From Macrostomum lignano (taxonomy: Eukaryota): 64,000 nt of DNA. Numbering within the stretch: position 1 is the stretch's first letter; each line of letters opens with the position of its first letter. A program made the translations under genes and the position numbers. The notes beneath the pieces are model-generated. The model searched no databases, had not been told where the DNA came from, and worked only from the letters and a program-made list of their open reading frames with translations. Positions 61,501 through 64,000 of this stretch are shown in pieces. The stretch covers positions 4,104-68,103 of the forward strand of contig NIVC01003948.1 in NCBI GenBank assembly GCA_002269645.1, written 5' to 3'.

Positions 61501-62387
61501 ACTGCTGGACTGTCGCGTAATCTTTGTTGGGCTCACCTTTACGACCTCAGAGGAGTTCGGCAAAACATTCGGCGCTTTTATGCCCTTGTCGACGTCAGCC
61601 AGAAGCTTGTTGCATCGGGCACAGAGTGCTGCAGGTAGCTGCTCATCATTCGCATTGTAGTTGGGCAAAAAGTGTGCCTGAATGCGTTTCAGCGAGGCAT
61701 TACCTATTCGTTGCATTGATGAGCCCTTTTTGTAGCACAACAAGCAGATCTTGAGGCGATTTTCTTCATGTGATAGTGCATGCGTTGCATGGCTCATTTC
61801 TTTATACATGTATGGCAAGGTGAGTAGAAATATTGAAAGTAGGCTTGAAGCTCACTATGGACTGCAAGTCAAGTCACTAACAAATACAGGTTGAGCTTGG
61901 TTTGTGAAAAGAAATCGTGCCTTGCAGAATTTATCATCAATTGATTTTATTATACAAGTAGGAAGCATACAACCAACATGCCTATAACAGTCTAGAGTCA
62001 AGTACACTGGACAGAGCATACTCAAGCTCATGGGCAGAGGGACCAAATTTGAGTACATTGGCAAGCCACACAACCCAAACCCCCGCTGAGCTACATGAAA
62101 CTTTATATTTATGTGTTGCATCATCTAAGTTGGTTTACTATAATTGAAATCGCTATCATGGTTTAACTTACATGTACCTTGATCTACGGTTCTAACCCAT
62201 ATGTACAATCAATGCAAATTATGCATTATCACAAGCTATGGAATGAAGTACTTGTAGAATGGAGATAGCTCGGTAGATTTTTTAAAAATTGCACGTATAC
62301 CTGCTACTAAGGTTCAGGGTGAATGCATAAATCACTGTCATTTGAGCTGACTTTATTTCACCTTGAGAAGGCTTCAGGACATGTGTG
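58576..62387 (-). mobile_element. Full-length Chapaev-type DNA transposon (3812 bp)
   Basis: Termini CACACATG (58576) and CATGTGTG (62387). Imperfect TIRs at 58576-58700 and 62262-62387. 4-bp TSD GAGA (58572-58575, 62388-62391). Single transposase ORF inside. Confidence 0.9.
59677..61809 (-). CDS. Chapaev/Transib/RAG1-family DDE transposase, 710 aa from the first ATG
   Basis: N-terminal H-x7-C-x2-C-x33-P-x3-C-x2-C (Chapa-like motif) plus further Cys clusters. Core motifs KVGIDSGGG (D), AVDMKISNAILG (D), HPCPWC, LHLLLG, GNAC..LL, TPKVHAVIDH, LGFWSEQVVETAH (E). No internal stops. Confidence 0.92.
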   Translation of the reverse strand: MYKEMSHATHALSHEENRLKICLLCYKKGSSMQRIGNASLKRIQAHFLPNYNANDEQLPAALCARCNKLLADVDKGIKAPNVLPNSSEVVKVSPTKITRQSSSCACKICETARFNPIGKGLGTWKPEPHSLGRPACSDPDHGLPPAQPVVICQRCHSMVGRGLPHYCTQTQRRENLFSKLSLDRRGAEIHASDVIKAKAASTGSNSRFQLATRGRDLTVCVGQRAGSSTSMRGGCAVPAEEFSRFQQTLCLSGRQTKLAAQFFRAWKGRKSIEPNLRSKLSAIDSALDDLFELTNLEMDCAKGKREMRSIVFCTDPLALIDRVMARRQVSADDGALIKVGIDSGGGFLKFCVSIVPAQGLKDQPTGSRSTYAEGACRFHFEDGGVRKLLLLAIAESVSESYDNLQQILNLLNLQGFSFCAAVDMKISNAILGIQCCSSTHPCPWCETARIDFSNPDRTNVLRSIGGIRLQAFEYQRTVEEKAPRNVSAAAFKNCVRPPLLEVPDSTMVLQAIPPMGLHLLLGVTNRLFEELDTQLRGLEDCQISTDDWLQQLGLRRPLQNGGNFAGNACECLLNGVDILIGMLAQHNVFSAMPVAHALRCFRDVKASCFGMSVCGDFENRVRAFEQAYIDLGIRVTPKVHAVIDHVVQFLNMSNLAGEPKKGLGFWSEQVVETAHHDFSSMWQDFRIDFHHPSYPDRLRKCVVAYCSRHA

Positions 62388-62944
62388 GAGAATGTTGCTT
62401 TACAGTACATATGCACATAGCATGCCTGGGCATTGCAAGCTCTAGCAATAAATAGCTATAGGTTAATTTGTGTGCTTCTTTTGCTTGGACCAAAAATGCA
62501 ATAAGTCTTCTGTGAGTCATTTTGACTCTGCTCAAGCTCTATAACGAGTAAGCAATGGTGGGTCGTGTATCGTATGGGTTTTTAAGTTTCCAACTGTATT
62601 TCTGGTCCGCAACTAGTGCTCTGGATACAATCGATATTATAAAACGCGCTTCATGCTTTCAAAGCATGCGAAAATTGGTCAATTCCGCCGACGCCAAATT
62701 GAGTATACGGAAAAAGGGAGTTGATCGTTAATATCTCTCTGTTGAGACAGAATTAGTATTGAGTTTTGTTCCATTCTCTGGCGACTTTGATCACTAAAAC
62801 AGGTGAGACAGCTCATTTTTGTACGATTCGCAACGGTTCAATCTTAAAGCTAAGAAGCGTGACTCTATGTTCATATTCATTGCGAGCACTATGAGAAATC
62901 AAAGCCAATAGGACAAAAGTCCAATACGTGACAGTCGCAACAAT

Positions 62945-64000
62945 TGAGTCCTTATCAGTGACAATCCTTAAGAGTGACAGTCTTCCTCAATGACAGTCCC
63001 TATCAGTACATTCCTCATTAGTGACAGTCCTCATCAGTGACAGTATTCATCAGCCACAGTCCTTATCAGTGCCAGTCCTTATCAGTGACAGTCCTTATCA
63101 GTGACAGTCCTTATCAGTGACATTCCTCATCAATGACAGTCCCTATCAGTGACATTCCTCATTAGTGACAGTCCTTATCAGTGACAGTCTTCATCAGTGA
63201 CAGTCCTTATCAGTGACAGTCCTTATCAGTGACAGTCCTTTCAGTGACAGTTTTCTTCAGTGACAGTCTTCATCAGTGACAGTCTTCTTGAGTGACAGTC
63301 CTTATCAGTGACAGTCCTTATCAGTGACAGTCCTTATCAGTGACAGTCATTATCAGTGACAGTTTTTTATCTATGACAGTCCTTATCAATGACAGCCATT
63401 ATCAGTGTCCGAATCATGACCAACGAATAATCCACGAGATAAACATCCAAACAGCACAGTGCAGAAATTGTGTGCACCTTCCGCCCACTCGCTCCCAGCA
63501 GTCATGTCGGAGTCACTCTTCGCTCTCAGGTGTTCGCCTCGTTGGAGAGCCGCCGCCGCCCTACCGGCCGTTGCTGTCCCGCAGTCGCACTGTCGCCACA
63601 GCCAACGCTGAGTCGCAACAGCAGCAGCAACAGCAGCAGCAGCAGCTACCTCCGACAGAACAGCCGCAGCAGAATCTGCCACAGCAGCCGCCGCCACCTG
63701 CCCGCATCTGCAACGACGCCTCCGCTGCGAATCCAGACGAGACTGCGCCGCCATTCGCCGCTACAATTCCAGCGGAAACAGTTCCCCGGCAGGCAGCGTT
63801 GAGAACTGGAAGACTTTATAGGATAGCGCATGTACTAAAATTCTTAATGATTATAGTCCTTATCAGTGACAGTCCTTATCAGTGACAGTCCTTATCAGTA
63901 CATTCATCAGTGACAATCCTTATCAGTGACAGTCCTTATCAGACAGTCCTTATCAGTGACAGTCCTTATCAGTGACAGTCTTACAGTGACAGTCCTTATC
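62945..64000. repeat. 16-bp satellite in two blocks (about 62945-63400 and 63850-end) flanking a unique GC-rich island
   Basis: AGTGACAGTCCTTATC. Confidence 0.9.
63455..63840 (+). CDS. Probable exon of an unidentified gene (PPPPY motif, poly-Q); boundaries approximate
   Basis: GC/CpG-rich island open on + (GEPPPPYRPLL..QQQQQQQQQ). An upstream donor-like site ACAG|GTGAGA near 62800 could end a 5' exon. Confidence 0.4.

Overview
Eukaryotic (animal) genomic DNA with short GC/CpG-rich exons in AT-rich introns, nearly all of which carry their own private tandem-repeat array. This architecture resembles Macrostomum-type flatworms (inference only). Contents: (1) 1-7.3 kb, decayed transposon debris (RTE-like LINE RT, hAT MITE, MULE transposase pseudogene) with strong CpG loss. 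(2) A complete 6-exon Rab GDP-dissociation inhibitor gene on + (8229-19120, 444 aa). (3) An unidentified coiled-coil-type ORF on - (22945-23979). (4) A large multi-exon RGS-RhoGEF (RH-C1-DH-PH, RhoGEF2/ARHGEF1/11/12-like) on + (about 29.3-55.9 kb) whose DH domain has lost key catalytic residues. (5) A full-length Chapaev-type DNA transposon (58576-62387) with CAC termini, about 125-bp TIRs, a 4-bp TSD and an intact 710-aa RAG1/Transib-related transposase. (6) A probable exon of a further gene near 63.5 kb. The most unusual pattern is that many tandem arrays are built from splice-site sequences: amplified exon-end plus donor, complete 3' splice sites, AG|GT ratchet motifs and micro-intron/micro-exon units. 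All gene models were read by eye and need RNA-seq support. Most long ORFs in the supplied track are repeat artefacts.
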